This document shows, in pieces, positions 47,916-59,279 of a DNA stretch of 64,000 nucleotides. Numbering within the stretch: the stretch's first letter is position 1; each line of letters starts with the position of its first letter. A model generated the notes under the pieces. It was not told the origin of the DNA, ran no database searches, and saw nothing but the letters and a program-made list of their open reading frames with translations. The stretch comes from Candidatus Omnitrophota bacterium (GTDB taxonomy: Bacteria > Omnitrophota > Gorgyraeia > Zapsychrales > Fredricksoniimonadaceae). A program made the translations under genes and the position numbers. The DNA lies in the NCBI GenBank assembly GCA_015233335.1, contig JADFXX010000004.1, positions 15,237 to 79,236 on the forward strand, in the 5' to 3' direction.

Positions 47916-48755
47916 TTACTTTGTCCTTCTTCTGACAATCATATGGTTGGAATATTTTCGGCGACTGCGCGTCTTGTAGCCCTTAGTCGGCTTACCCCAT
48001 GGTGTCACCGGATGAGGATTTCCTTGAGGAGCTTTCCCTTCACCGCCACCGTGCGGGTGATCAACTGGATTCATGACGACCCCGCGCGACTGCGGACGGC
48101 GCCCCAGCCAGCGGCTGCGACCGGCTTTACCAATCGAAACAGTCTCATTTTCCACATTGCTTAACTGCCCAATCGTGGCTCGGCAATCGATCGATACCTT
48201 GCGGACCTCGCTCGAAGGCAGACGCAAATGTGCGACTTTACCTTCTTTTGCGATCAATTGCGCCGATGTCCCGGCACTTCTGGCTAATTGACCGCCTAAA
48301 CCCGGCTTTAACTCAACATTATGGATTCCCGTACCAAGCGGAATCTTGCTTAACGGCAGACAATTGCCTGCCAACATATCTACATCAGCACTATTAGTGC
48401 TGATAATCACATGGCCAACCCTCAAATCAACAGGTGCTAAAATATAAGATTTACTCTTATCGCTCTTGTACTGGATGAGCGCTATACGACATGTGCGGTT
48501 AGGATCATATTCAATGCCCAAAACTTCGGCTGGATCATCTATACGGGTGCGCTTGAAATCAATAACACGGTACATGCGCTTGTGCCCCGCGCCCCGATGA
48601 CGCGAAGTGATCCGCCCATAAGAATTGCGGCCACCAGAACTTTTTAAAGGCAAAAGAAGGGATTTTTCAGGCTTGCCCTTTGTAAGCTCACTAAAATCCG
48701 GCAGAGCCGCATGACGAACACCGTTGGTAAATGGTTTAAAGCGTTTGATTCCCAT
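47916..48755 (-). CDS. rplB: 50S ribosomal protein L2
   Basis: 279 aa. [16 protein letters not shown]... and ...[14 protein letters not shown]... Confidence 0.95.
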   Translation of the reverse strand: MGIKRFKPFTNGVRHAALPDFSELTKGKPEKSLLLPLKSSGGRNSYGRITSRHRGAGHKRMYRVIDFKRTRIDDPAEVLGIEYDPNRTCRIALIQYKSDKSKSYILAPVDLRVGHVIISTNSADVDMLAGNCLPLSKIPLGTGIHNVELKPGLGGQLARSAGTSAQLIAKEGKVAHLRLPSSEVRKVSIDCRATIGQLSNVENETVSIGKAGRSRWLGRRPQSRGVVMNPVDHPHGGGEGKAPQGNPHPVTPWGKPTKGYKTRSRRKYSNHMIVRRRTK

Positions 48756-49033
48756 TATGCACCCTCTATTTTTTGTCCCTCTTTGAGAGAAACAATAGCT
48801 TTTTTCCAGCCCGTCGTATAACCGGCTCGGGCACGCACGCGCTTGAGTTTGCCGGGAACTTGGACAGTGTTGACAGCCTCAACCTTGACCTTGTAAATTT
48901 CTTCGACCGCGCGTTTAACGTCGACTTTTGTGGCCACCTGAGCCACACGAAAGAGGTATTTACGTTCTTTTTCCAAGGCGGTCCCTTTTTCGGTCCGCAC
49001 CAATGCTTTGACAATATCGTAACAAGTAATCAT
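48755..49033 (-). CDS. rplW: 50S ribosomal protein L23
   Basis: 92 aa, in the canonical position between rplD and rplB. Contains ...[19 protein letters not shown]... Confidence 0.9.
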   Translation of the reverse strand: MITCYDIVKALVRTEKGTALEKERKYLFRVAQVATKVDVKRAVEEIYKVKVEAVNTVQVPGKLKRVRARAGYTTGWKKAIVSLKEGQKIEGA

Positions 49034-49656
49034 TATTGGATTCTCTTTAATAAAGTTTTTAACGCTTCTTTAGTCACCAGCACATTTTTATTATTCATCA
49101 CATCCGAGGCATTGACGTCCACGGCTCGGACCAAGGTCAACCGTGCGATATTGCGGGAAGCTAATAAGGTCTTTTCATTAGTCCCATCGAGAACAGCCAA
49201 AATACGACCCTCAACTTTTAAATTCTTCAGAATGGCCGTAAATTCTTTGGTCTTCCCTGAGAGAACTTCCAATTGATCCACACATACCAGGCTGTTCCCT
49301 AAGAATTTAGCGTTAAGACTCTCACGTAAGGCCGCTACCCGCACTTTCTTGGGAACACTATATCCGAAATCTCGCGGATGAGGGCCAAAGACAATGCCGC
49401 CCTTCTTCCACAACGGAGAACGAGATGAACCTTGACGGGCACGCCCTGTACCTTTTTGGGCCCATGGCTTTTTACCACCCCCGGAAACATCCGAACGGGT
49501 CTTAGTCGATACCGTTCCCTGACGATTGTTGGCATTGTACATGACCAAGGCCTGATGAATCACCGCTTCGTGGACATGCACGCCGAATTGCTCCTTGGGA
49601 AGCTCGACACTCGCCGCTTTTTGTCCTTTAATATCTACCACGTTTAATTCTGGCAT
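49033..49656 (-). CDS. rplD: 50S ribosomal protein L4
   Basis: 207 aa. ...SGGGKKPWAQKGTGRARQGSSRSPLWKKGG... Confidence 0.95.
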   Translation of the reverse strand: MPELNVVDIKGQKAASVELPKEQFGVHVHEAVIHQALVMYNANNRQGTVSTKTRSDVSGGGKKPWAQKGTGRARQGSSRSPLWKKGGIVFGPHPRDFGYSVPKKVRVAALRESLNAKFLGNSLVCVDQLEVLSGKTKEFTAILKNLKVEGRILAVLDGTNEKTLLASRNIARLTLVRAVDVNASDVMNNKNVLVTKEALKTLLKRIQ

Positions 49657-49662
49657 ATCTAA

Positions 49663-49692
49663 TCCTTGATTAAGATCCTTCGGCTAATACCT
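49663..49692 (-). repeat. Short G.A-hairpin motif, copy H5 (rplC-rplD junction)
   Basis: Minus strand reads GGUCAUCCUGAGGUAUUAGCCGAAGGAUCU. Confidence 0.55.
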
Positions 49693-49708
49693 CAGGATGA
49701 CCTTAACG

Positions 49709-50425
49709 TCATTTTTTAGCCGTCTTGCCGGCTGTTGCCTTGCTTTGTTTCATTGGATTTTTCTTCACTGATGTTGATACTTCTTTCTTTTCTTCCAATG
49801 AACGGAAGGCTTTTTTCTTAGATCTATTAATAACCACCACACCATTCTTATGTCCCGGAACGGCGCCCTTAACAAGAATTAAATTCTGATCAGCATCAAC
49901 CCTCATAACACGCAGGCTCTGCACGGTCACGGTCTCCATCCCCATGTGGCCCGGCATATGCTGTCCCTTGTAAACACGGGATGGGTCAGAACTTGAACCG
50001 ATGGAACCTACACGACGATGATGCATGGACCCGTGAGCTGCAGGACCGCCATTCCAATTCCAGCGGACCATGCCGCCTTGAAATCCTTTACCAATGGATG
50101 TTCCTGTCACATCCACGAAATCGCCTGCCTTAAAAAGGTCGACTTTAAGCTGGTCACCGATTTTATAGTCTTTATTGTCCGCAGACTCAAATTCCTTAAT
50201 ATGCTTCAAAGCCGTCTGTCCTATCTTTTTGAAAAATCCCAAAACGGGCTTCTGCAACCGGGTTTCCTTGACAGGCTCATATCCTAAAACGACCTTCAGT
50301 GGCTTCTCTTTTAATCCCAAAACCGTACATGGACCCGCTTCGACAACTGTCACCGGCGTAATATTGCCTTCGTTATCGAAAATCTGGGTCATACCGATTT
50401 TTTTACCCATAATGCCGCGAATCAT
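49709..50425 (-). CDS. rplC: 50S ribosomal protein L3 (Lys-rich C-terminal tail)
   Basis: 238 aa. MIRGIMGKKIGMTQIFDNEGN... Confidence 0.95.
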   Translation of the reverse strand: MIRGIMGKKIGMTQIFDNEGNITPVTVVEAGPCTVLGLKEKPLKVVLGYEPVKETRLQKPVLGFFKKIGQTALKHIKEFESADNKDYKIGDQLKVDLFKAGDFVDVTGTSIGKGFQGGMVRWNWNGGPAAHGSMHHRRVGSIGSSSDPSRVYKGQHMPGHMGMETVTVQSLRVMRVDADQNLILVKGAVPGHKNGVVVINRSKKKAFRSLEEKKEVSTSVKKNPMKQSKATAGKTAKK

Positions 50426-50495
50426 CTATGTACTCCTTATCTGCTCTAAGAGCCTGATTCCCTAACATCCATCAGGGGCTCTATAGTACAAATTC

Positions 50496-50798
50496 TTACT
50501 GTTTAATCTCGACGTCAACCCCAGCCGGCAAATTTAATTTGCGCAGGGCTTCCACGGTTTTGGATGTGGGGTTAACCAAATCAATCAGCCGCTTATGCGT
50601 CGCTAATTGAAACTGTTCACGGGATTTTTTATCGATGACCGGTGAACGTAGCACCGTATAAAGCTCTTTCTTGGTCGGCAAGGGCACAGGGCCTAACACT
50701 TGGGCCCCGGTACGAATGGCCGTATCCACGATTTCCTGGGTGCTTTGATCAATCAAACGGTGATCGAATGCTTTTAGTTTTATCCGTATTTTTTGCAT
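50496..50798 (-). CDS. rpsJ: 30S ribosomal protein S10
   Basis: 100 aa. [20 protein letters not shown]... Its start shares 1 nt with the tuf stop (TAATG). Confidence 0.95.
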   Translation of the reverse strand: MQKIRIKLKAFDHRLIDQSTQEIVDTAIRTGAQVLGPVPLPTKKELYTVLRSPVIDKKSREQFQLATHKRLIDLVNPTSKTVEALRKLNLPAGVDVEIKQ

Positions 50799-51994
50799 TA
50801 CTGAATAATCTCCGAAATAACACCGGCGCCGACGGTACGTCCGCCTTCGCGGATCGCGAAGCGCAGTTCCTTCTCCATGGCGACCGGAGTAATGAGCTCG
50901 ACTTCAAGGGTCACGTTGTCCCCGGGCATACACATCTCTACACCCTCAGGCAACTGGGCGGTCCCAGTCACGTCCGTGGTACGGAAATAAAACTGCGGAC
51001 GGTATCCCTTGAAAAACGGCGTGTGACGGCCGCCTTCTTCCTTGGTTAAAATATAAACTGAGGCCTTAAATTTGGTGTGCGGCTTAATGGAGCCCGGAAG
51101 CGCCAAAACCATGCCGCGTTCCATATTGTCCTTGTCCGCCCCACGCAAAAGCAAGCCGACATTATCACCTGCTTGGCCCTCATCCAATTCCTTGCGGAAC
51201 ATCTCGACTCCTGTCACAACTGTCTTGGCAACAGCCGGACGCAAACCGACAACCTCCACCTCTTCGCCGACATGAACACGACCGCGTTCGATACGACCGG
51301 TCGCGACTGTCCCGCGGCCTGAGATGGAGAAAACGTCTTCCACGGCCATTGAGAAAGGCTTGTCCAATTCACGCACAGGGGCGGGAATATAATCATCGAC
51401 AGCTTTCATGAGCTCAATGATCGGTTTGGCTTTACCTTCAAAATCTTTAGGATTGTTCAAAGCATCCAAGGCGCTTCCCTTGATAATCGGGGTCTTATCT
51501 CCGTCGAATTTATATTTGGTCAAAAGATCACGGACTTCAAGCTCGACTAATTCCAGCAATTCCTTGTCCTGGACCTGATCGCATTTGTTCATGAAAACCA
51601 CAATACGCGGAACGTTGACCTGGCGGGCTAAAAGGATGTGCTCACGGGTCTGCGGCATAGGACCATCGGTTGCGGAAACAACCAGTATAGCTCCGTCCAT
51701 CTGGGCAGCGCCTGTGATCATGTTTTTGATATAATCCGCGTGGCCCGGGCAGTCAATATGGGCATAATGGCGGTTTTCCGTTTCGTATTCAAGATGCGAA
51801 ATATTAATGGTGACACCGCGCTCTTTTTCCTCAGGAGCGTTATCGATAGAATCATAGGCACGGGCCTGTGCTAGACCTTTATTACTTAAGACGGTGGTAA
51901 TGGCCGCCGATAAGGTGGTCTTACCATGATCGACGTGACCGATGGTCCCGATATTCAGATGCGGTTTATTACGCACGAATTTTTCTTTTGCCAT
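50798..51994 (-). CDS. tuf: Elongation factor Tu
   Basis: 398 aa. [28 protein letters not shown]... Confidence 0.98.
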   Translation of the reverse strand: MAKEKFVRNKPHLNIGTIGHVDHGKTTLSAAITTVLSNKGLAQARAYDSIDNAPEEKERGVTINISHLEYETENRHYAHIDCPGHADYIKNMITGAAQMDGAILVVSATDGPMPQTREHILLARQVNVPRIVVFMNKCDQVQDKELLELVELEVRDLLTKYKFDGDKTPIIKGSALDALNNPKDFEGKAKPIIELMKAVDDYIPAPVRELDKPFSMAVEDVFSISGRGTVATGRIERGRVHVGEEVEVVGLRPAVAKTVVTGVEMFRKELDEGQAGDNVGLLLRGADKDNMERGMVLALPGSIKPHTKFKASVYILTKEEGGRHTPFFKGYRPQFYFRTTDVTGTAQLPEGVEMCMPGDNVTLEVELITPVAMEKELRFAIREGGRTVGAGVISEIIQ

Positions 51995-52067
51995 AGTTCT
52001 ATCCTCCGTTTAATGATGTTCAATATATGATCTTACAAATGTTTTCAGTTATCAGTTTTTCTGTTTA

Positions 52068-54173
52068 TCAGCTGACTTTAGCAACGAAATCCTGACGGGA
52101 GCCGATTATTTTCTCGGCAATGCTGTTTGGAACCTGCGCGTAAAACGAAGGTTCCATAGAGAATGATGCGCGTCCCTGCGTGAGGGACCGCAGCGCATTC
52201 GCGTAGCCAAACATTTCAGCCAAGGGAACGTCAACCAAAGCTGTCTTTAGCTTGCCCCGGTTACCGGTTTCCTTGATTTGCGCCCGACGTTTCATTAAAT
52301 CACCGGTTACATTTCCCCAATGATCATCAGAAACTTCTACCTCTAACTTCATGATCGGTTCCATGAACACGGAACCAGCCTTCCGGAAAGCTTCCTTTAT
52401 AGCATACTTTGCCGCTAATTGGAAGGAAATTTCATCAGAGTCTACATCATGATAAGAACCGTCCACTAATGTGGCAATGAAATCTGTCACTGGATACCCG
52501 GCCAAGATGCCGTTTTGTGCTCCCGTCTCAATGCCTTCTTTACAGGGCTTGATGAATTCACGAGGGATAGCCCCCCCTTTAATCTTATCTACGAACACAT
52601 AACCCGTGCCCGGCTCGCCCGGCTCTACGTCAATAACAACGTGTCCGTATTTACCGCGGCCACCGCTTTGCTGGACATATTTACCGACAATACCAGTGAC
52701 TTTTTTTGTGATCGCTTCTTTATACGCTACTTCCGGACGGCCGACATTGGCCTCCAGATTGTTCTCCCGCTTCATGCGATCAACGATAATTTCCAAATGC
52801 AACTCTCCCATCCCCGAGATGATCGTCTGGGATGTTTCATGGTCGAACTTAACTCGCAGGGAAGGATCTTCATCCAAAAACTTGCGCAAGACCATGCCCA
52901 TTTTATCCTGGTCCGCTTTTGTCTTGGGCTCGATGGCCAGTGAAACAACAGCTTCGGGCGGCTTTAAACCTTCGAGGACCATCGGATTTTCTTCTGAGCA
53001 AAGCGTGTCTCCGGACTTGCTTTCTTTTAAACCTACAAAAGCTACGATTTCACCGGTCGACGCAGAAGAAATAATTTCCTGCTTATTGGAATGCATGACA
53101 ACCATCTTGGCAACTTTTTCTTTTTTGCCGTTGGATGAATTTAAATAATTTTGGCCCGGTATAAACCTGCCGCAGTATATGCGCGTAAAGAAAATTTTCC
53201 CAACATAAGGATCAGAAGCAATCTTAAAAACCAACCCCACCGGCGGCTCATTATCATCGGCCTTACGGATGATGACTTCATCTCTGTTATCGGGATTAAA
53301 ACCTTTTTTGGGAGGGATATCTAAAGGAGAAGGCAGAAAATCAACGATCGCGTCCAAAAGCATCTGCACGCCTCTGTTTCTCTTGGAAGCACCGGTTAAG
53401 ACCGGAACAAATTTACAGGCAATGACCGAACGACGAATAGCCTTCATCAGCTGCTCTTTGCTGGGATCTTTCCCGTTTAAATAAAGGTCAGCAATTTCGT
53501 CATCCACCTCTGCCAGACGTTCCACTAAAATATGGCGGTACTGGGCTGTTTTTTCTTTGAATTCTTCCGGTAAAGGCAGACGGTCATATTCCATACCATC
53601 CGCATCCTTGTACTGGATATATTGTCCATTGATGACATCGACCAAACCTTTGAAATTATCTTCTGCCCCATCATTGTAAACAATGCCTGCTGCGTTCGCG
53701 CCGAAACGGTCACGCATCTCACCGATCACGCGGTCAAAATCAGCACCCATGCGGTCAATCTTATTGATAAAGGCGATGCGCGGGACATTATACCTGTCCG
53801 CCTGACGATAAACTGTCTCGGTTTGCGGCTGAACGCCTGAACAAGCACATAATACGATCACAGCACCGTCTAACACTTTTAAAGAACGCTCAACTTCAAT
53901 GGTGAAATCCACGTGACCCGGAGTGTCGATGATATTGATACGGTGTTGGCGCCAAAAAGAGGTGATCGCCGCGGAGGTGATGGTGATCCCTCGCTCCTGC
54001 TCTTGAGGCATCCAATCCATGGTGGTATTTCCGTCATCGATATCGCCCATTTTATGAATTTCGCCCGTGTAGTATAAAATACGCTCGGTCGTCGTGGTTT
54101 TACCCGCGTCGATATGCGCAATGATACCGATATTGCGAAACATATTTAAAGGAACTTCATTAGATGTTGCCAT
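52068..54173 (-). CDS. fusA: Elongation factor G
   Basis: 701 aa. ...[25 protein letters not shown]... Confidence 0.98.
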   Translation of the reverse strand: MATSNEVPLNMFRNIGIIAHIDAGKTTTTERILYYTGEIHKMGDIDDGNTTMDWMPQEQERGITITSAAITSFWRQHRINIIDTPGHVDFTIEVERSLKVLDGAVIVLCACSGVQPQTETVYRQADRYNVPRIAFINKIDRMGADFDRVIGEMRDRFGANAAGIVYNDGAEDNFKGLVDVINGQYIQYKDADGMEYDRLPLPEEFKEKTAQYRHILVERLAEVDDEIADLYLNGKDPSKEQLMKAIRRSVIACKFVPVLTGASKRNRGVQMLLDAIVDFLPSPLDIPPKKGFNPDNRDEVIIRKADDNEPPVGLVFKIASDPYVGKIFFTRIYCGRFIPGQNYLNSSNGKKEKVAKMVVMHSNKQEIISSASTGEIVAFVGLKESKSGDTLCSEENPMVLEGLKPPEAVVSLAIEPKTKADQDKMGMVLRKFLDEDPSLRVKFDHETSQTIISGMGELHLEIIVDRMKRENNLEANVGRPEVAYKEAITKKVTGIVGKYVQQSGGRGKYGHVVIDVEPGEPGTGYVFVDKIKGGAIPREFIKPCKEGIETGAQNGILAGYPVTDFIATLVDGSYHDVDSDEISFQLAAKYAIKEAFRKAGSVFMEPIMKLEVEVSDDHWGNVTGDLMKRRAQIKETGNRGKLKTALVDVPLAEMFGYANALRSLTQGRASFSMEPSFYAQVPNSIAEKIIGSRQDFVAKVS

Positions 54174-54201
54174 AAACTCTCATGACCCTTATCAATGGGG
54201 G

Positions 54202-54672
54202 TTACCATCTTAAATGGCTGAAGGCGCGGTTGGCCTCGGCCATTTTATGCGTTTCATCACGTTTTTTTATTGCAGGACCTTCAGACTTATAGGCTGCGAC
54301 TAATTCTTCGGCTAATTTAATTTCCATGGGCTTGCCCTTTTTATTGCGGGCATAATCCCTGATCCAGCGCATCGCTAAAGACATGCCGCGCGCCGGTATG
54401 ACATCGGTCGGGACCTGATAAGTCGCCCCACCCACACGCCGGCTTTTGACTTCCAGACGCGGACGTACATTATCAACTGCTTTATTTAAGGCCTTGACTG
54501 AACTTTCTTCCTGGGTCTTTTCCTTTAAAATATCTAAAGCATTATAAATAATATTTTCAGCGATGGTCTTTTTTCCGTCTACCATCAGAATCGAAATAAA
54601 ACGCGAAACTAAATCACTATTGTATTTAGGATCACCCACTACTTTTCTTTTCTCTGCTCTACGCCGTCTCAT
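54202..54672 (-). CDS. rpsG: 30S ribosomal protein S7
   Basis: 156 aa. MRRRRAEKRKVVGDPKYNSDLVSRFI... Confidence 0.95.
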   Translation of the reverse strand: MRRRRAEKRKVVGDPKYNSDLVSRFISILMVDGKKTIAENIIYNALDILKEKTQEESSVKALNKAVDNVRPRLEVKSRRVGGATYQVPTDVIPARGMSLAMRWIRDYARNKKGKPMEIKLAEELVAAYKSEGPAIKKRDETHKMAEANRAFSHLRW

Positions 54673-54770
54673 ATTTTCCTATTCTGTTATTGCCATCTTC
54701 CCTGATGCTGGCTTCACATCTCGGAAAGCCTGATAAACGATTCGACTTATTCATCGAACCATCAGTCTCA

Positions 54771-55145
54771 TTATTTCTTACCTCTTTTAGCTCCGTATTT
54801 TGAACGCGATTTCTTGCGGTCGGCAACACCGGATGTATCTAACGTGCCGCGGACGATATGATAGCGCACCCCCGGCAAATCTTTAACACGACCGCCGCGG
54901 ACCAGTACGATCGAGTGTTCCTGCAAATTATGGCCTTCCCCCGGTATATAGGAAGTAACCTCAACCTTGTTGGAAAGACGCACACGTGCGATCTTGCGCA
55001 AGGCTGAATTAGGTTTCTTAGGCGTCATGGTCTTAACTTGCAAGCACACGCCGCGCCTTTGCGGACAGGATGTCAAGGCAGGCGATTTACTGCGCTTGAT
55101 TTTAAGCCGTCTGCGGTGTCTGATCAACTGTGATATCGTTGGCAT
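54771..55145 (-). CDS. rpsL: 30S ribosomal protein S12
   Basis: 124 aa. [12 protein letters not shown]...[15 protein letters not shown]...[11 protein letters not shown]. Confidence 0.95.
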   Translation of the reverse strand: MPTISQLIRHRRRLKIKRSKSPALTSCPQRRGVCLQVKTMTPKKPNSALRKIARVRLSNKVEVTSYIPGEGHNLQEHSIVLVRGGRVKDLPGVRYHIVRGTLDTSGVADRKKSRSKYGAKRGKK

Positions 55146-58100
55146 ATTTTACCATTTCTACTTGATTGTATTCTTTCATGCCCGTGCCCGCCGGGATCAA
55201 ATGCCCGACAATAACGTTTTCCTTGAGCCCGCGCAAGAGGTCAACTTTACCAGACGCCGAGGCTTCTGTCAAGACTCTTGTTGTTTCTTGGAAGCTCGCG
55301 GCGGATATAAAGCTTTCCGTCGTCAATGATACTTTTGTGATCCCCAATAATAAAGGAGTGGCCTGGGCCGGTTTCCCTTTTTTCTTAAGAACAGCTTCAT
55401 TGGCTTTTTTAAAGGTCATCCGGTCGACTTGGTCGCCTACTAAAAATTCAGTGTCACCGGCATCATCAATGCGTACTTTTTTAAGCATCTGCGCAATGAT
55501 GATCTCAATGTGCTTGTCATTAATACGTACACCTTGCAGACGGTAAACTTCCTGAACCTCATTGAGAAGATATTCCTGCAGAGCCTTGTCCCCGCAAACA
55601 CGTAAAATGTCCTGAGGGACAACCGGTCCGTCAGTCAACTGCTGACCGGCAAACACGTGGTCGCCCTTATAAACATTGGGATGTTTGCCGTGAGGAATCG
55701 GGTATTCCTTGGCGGTACCCGTCGCACTCTTGACAACGATGGTGCGTAATCCTTTCTTGTCTTCGCCGAATTCGCACATACCGTCGATCTCAGCAATAAC
55801 TGCCGGATCTTTTGGACGACGCGCTTCAAAAAGTTCGGCAACACGGGGCAAACCGCCGGTAATATCGCGGGTCTTAGAAGCGCCGCGCGGAATTTTAGCG
55901 ATCAATGCACCTGCTGCTATCGTATCCTTATCGTTGACTAGGATATGGGCACCCGTCGGGATTGAGTAAATACCAACCACCTCACCCTTTTCATCGCTGA
56001 TGATGATCTGCGGATGAAATTCCTGCTTGTGCTCAACGACAACACGCTCAACAACACCAGTCACAGGATTTTCTTCGCGCTGATAGGTGGTGCCTTCGAT
56101 CAAATCTTCGAATGAAACACGACCACGGGCCTCTGTAATGATGGGGATGGTATAAGGATCCCAGGTGGCAACAACCGCGCCCTTAGGCACTGATTCACCG
56201 TCAGCAAATACTAATGCCGTCCCTTGAGGCAAGAGATGCCGCTCAAACTCACGGCCGTACTCGTTATTAATACTGACCGAACCATTGCGGTTGAGAACAA
56301 TGTATTCTTTGCCGCGGGCAACTACGCGCAGGGTGTGATATTTAAGCACGCCCTCTTGCTTAGACTTAATAAATGATTGCTCGATCGTTCGGGACGCAGT
56401 ACCACCGATGTGGAACGTCCGCATGGTCAATTGAGTACCAGGCTCACCGATACTCTGGGCCGCAATGGTGCCGACGGCTTCCCCGATCTCGACAATACGA
56501 TGAGTCCCCAGATTGCGGCCATAACATTTAACGCAAACACCGATACCGGCCTCGCAGGTCAGCACCGAACGGATACGCACTTTCTCGACACCTAATTGCT
56601 CTATCAAATCAGCTTTCTCTTCAGTAATTTCATCACCGGCTGCAACGACCTGCTGATCGGTGACTACGTCTAATATGTTATCCAGTGCCACACGACCGAC
56701 GATGCGCTCTTTAAGAGTAACCACCATCTCGTCACCCTCGGTAATCGCCGCGACCGTAATCCCATTGACCGTGCCGCAGTCTAAAGCATTAACAACCATC
56801 TCTTGGGCTACGTCGACCAAACGACGGGTTAAATAACCGGCATCGGCAGTCTTCAAAGCCGTATCTGCCAACCCTTTACGGGCACCATGAGTCGAGATAA
56901 AATATTCCAAAACCGTTAAACCTTCACGGAATGAAGCTGTGATAGGGTTCTCAATGATCTCGCCCGATGGTTTGGCCATAAGACCGCGCATACCCGAAAG
57001 CTGGCGTATCTGAAGTTTGGACCCTCGAGCACCTGAATCCGCCATGATGAACACCGGATTAAACTGGTCCATCTTCTTAAACACCAGGTCTGATAAAGTC
57101 TCTGTCGTATGGGTCCAGATGTCGATCACCTTATTGTAACGTTCACGTCCGGTAATAATACCCTTACGGTACTGATCATCTACTTTAAAAACTTCCTGCT
57201 TGGCATTGGCGATAATTTTGGGCTTCTCTTCCGGAATGGTCAAATCCGACATGCTGATGGAAATCCCGGCTTCCGTCGCTTTAATGAAACCTAAAGTCTT
57301 CACATCATCCAGTAGTTTTACTGTTCTGTGGTGCCCAAAACGTTTATAACAGTCGGCAATAACAGAGCCAACGCGTTTCTTGTCCAGCAATTCGTTAACA
57401 AAACCGTAATCCAGGGGCAAAACCTCATTGAAGAATACGCGACCTACAGTGGTTTCAATAATTTTGGAAGTCGTCCCCGACGGTACATGCTCTGTTTTGA
57501 CTTTTTCTTTCGTCAAAGGCCCAATGACCATGGAAGGATTCTCCTGCCCCCAAACACTGGTCAATAAACGCAATTTGATGCGGGCATGTAAATCCACATA
57601 ACCGTCCGCATAAGCCACCTTCACCTCATCAATGGACCCGAATAAATGATTTTCTCCTCGAGCCGCCGGACGCTCCTTGGTCAAATAATAAAGACCTAAA
57701 ACAATGTCCTGTGTCGGTGACACTATCGGACGCCCGTCCGCCGGAGAAAACAAATTGTTAACGGAAAGCAATTGCAGGCGGCATTCAATCTGGGCTTCCA
57801 GCGAAAGAGGCACGTGCACTGCCATTTGATCCCCGTCAAAATCCGCGTTAAAGGCCGTACACACGAGCGGATGTAGTTTAATTGCCTTGCCCTCAATCAG
57901 GACCGGCTGAAAAGCTTGGATGGATAAACGGTGCAACGTAGGAGCACGGTTGAGCATCACCGGATGATCCTGTATCACCTCGTCTAAAATGTCCCACACC
58001 TCGATCTTGGCACGCTCTACCATGCGCTTAGCACCCTTGATCGTATGCACAAAACCTTTCTCACGCAATTTGCGGATGATAAAAGGTTCAAACAGTTCCA

Positions 58101-59199
58101 ACGCCATCTTCTTCGGCAAACCACACTGATGAAGACTTAAATCCGGGCCGACAACAATAACTGAACGGCCGGAATAATCCACACGCTTACCCAAAAGGTT
58201 CATGCGGAAACGCCCCTGCTTTCCCTTTAGCATATCCGATAAGGATTTCAAAGGCCGGTTGCCTGATCCTAAAACCGGACGGCCATGACGGCCGTTATCC
58301 AAGAGCGCATCCACCGCTTCCTGCAGCATACGTTTTTCGTTACGGATGATAATTTCCGGAGCGTTAAGATCGATCAATTTCTTTAAACGATTGTTGCGGT
58401 TTATAACCCTGCGGTATAAATCATTAAGATCGGAGGTGGCGAAACGCCCGCCTTCCAGAGGAACCAAGGGACGCAGATCCGGAGGTATTACCGGTAAAAC
58501 ATCCAAAACCATCCATGCCGGGTCATTGCCTGAAGCCCGGAAATCTTCAACGATCTTTAAGGTCTTGGCTAATTTCTTAAAATTGGTCCCGTTAGGATTG
58601 GCTTCGGAAAGATCTTTGCGCAGTTTTTTACACAGAACTGCCATATCCAGCTCTTTGAGAAGTTCCCTTACAGCTTCTGCACCGATCTTTGCTTTAAAAG
58701 CGCCTCCGTATTTAACGACGGCCTCCTGGTATTCATCCTCTGAGAAAAATTGTTTTTTCTTTAAGGGTGTCGTCCCCGGATCAATGACAACGTATTCTTC
58801 ATAATAAATAAGCTTCTCTAAATCGCGCAGACCTACCTGCATCAGGGCGGCCAAACGGGAAGGTACAGCTTTATAAAACCAAATATGCGTGACAGGACAC
58901 GCCAGATCAATATGCCCCATACGCTCACGTCGCACAGATGAACGCGTCACCAATACCCCGCAACGGTCGCAAGTGATCCCTTTGAATTTAATCCCTTTAT
59001 ACTTCCCGCAATTACATTCCCAGTCGCGCATGGGCCCAAAAATCTTCTCGCAGAAAAGTCCGTCCTTTTCCGGTTTGAGGGTGCGATAGTTCAAAGTCTC
59101 CGCTTTCTTGACGGGGCCTTTGGACCACGACATTATAACTTCTGGGGACGCAATGCGAATCGTAATATGATCTTGTTTGGTAATATCGATTTTGCTCAT
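55102..59199 (-). CDS. rpoC: DNA-directed RNA polymerase subunit beta prime
   Basis: 1365 aa. Zinc motif [20 protein letters not shown] and catalytic NADFDGDQM. The 3' end overlaps rpsL by 44 nt. Confidence 0.98.
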   Translation of the reverse strand: MSKIDITKQDHITIRIASPEVIMSWSKGPVKKAETLNYRTLKPEKDGLFCEKIFGPMRDWECNCGKYKGIKFKGITCDRCGVLVTRSSVRRERMGHIDLACPVTHIWFYKAVPSRLAALMQVGLRDLEKLIYYEEYVVIDPGTTPLKKKQFFSEDEYQEAVVKYGGAFKAKIGAEAVRELLKELDMAVLCKKLRKDLSEANPNGTNFKKLAKTLKIVEDFRASGNDPAWMVLDVLPVIPPDLRPLVPLEGGRFATSDLNDLYRRVINRNNRLKKLIDLNAPEIIIRNEKRMLQEAVDALLDNGRHGRPVLGSGNRPLKSLSDMLKGKQGRFRMNLLGKRVDYSGRSVIVVGPDLSLHQCGLPKKMALELFEPFIIRKLREKGFVHTIKGAKRMVERAKIEVWDILDEVIQDHPVMLNRAPTLHRLSIQAFQPVLIEGKAIKLHPLVCTAFNADFDGDQMAVHVPLSLEAQIECRLQLLSVNNLFSPADGRPIVSPTQDIVLGLYYLTKERPAARGENHLFGSIDEVKVAYADGYVDLHARIKLRLLTSVWGQENPSMVIGPLTKEKVKTEHVPSGTTSKIIETTVGRVFFNEVLPLDYGFVNELLDKKRVGSVIADCYKRFGHHRTVKLLDDVKTLGFIKATEAGISISMSDLTIPEEKPKIIANAKQEVFKVDDQYRKGIITGRERYNKVIDIWTHTTETLSDLVFKKMDQFNPVFIMADSGARGSKLQIRQLSGMRGLMAKPSGEIIENPITASFREGLTVLEYFISTHGARKGLADTALKTADAGYLTRRLVDVAQEMVVNALDCGTVNGITVAAITEGDEMVVTLKERIVGRVALDNILDVVTDQQVVAAGDEITEEKADLIEQLGVEKVRIRSVLTCEAGIGVCVKCYGRNLGTHRIVEIGEAVGTIAAQSIGEPGTQLTMRTFHIGGTASRTIEQSFIKSKQEGVLKYHTLRVVARGKEYIVLNRNGSVSINNEYGREFERHLLPQGTALVFADGESVPKGAVVATWDPYTIPIITEARGRVSFEDLIEGTTYQREENPVTGVVERVVVEHKQEFHPQIIISDEKGEVVGIYSIPTGAHILVNDKDTIAAGALIAKIPRGASKTRDITGGLPRVAELFEARRPKDPAVIAEIDGMCEFGEDKKGLRTIVVKSATGTAKEYPIPHGKHPNVYKGDHVFAGQQLTDGPVVPQDILRVCGDKALQEYLLNEVQEVYRLQGVRINDKHIEIIIAQMLKKVRIDDAGDTEFLVGDQVDRMTFKKANEAVLKKKGKPAQATPLLLGITKVSLTTESFISAASFQETTRVLTEASASGKVDLLRGLKENVIVGHLIPAGTGMKEYNQVEMVKYANDITVDQTPQTA

Positions 59200-59279
59200 T
59201 TAGTCTCCATGAACTTGATTGTTAACAGCCTCATTCAAATGTCTTAAGGCTGATATCGATGTCAGCCGTCTACGTGTTT

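Noticed and set aside
54739-54760. GGTTCGA-containing hairpin in the rpsL-rpsG spacer that looks like a tRNA T-arm
   Set aside because: No acceptor stem, D-arm or anticodon arm can be drawn around it. It is probably just one of the hairpins of the S12-S7 intercistronic region.
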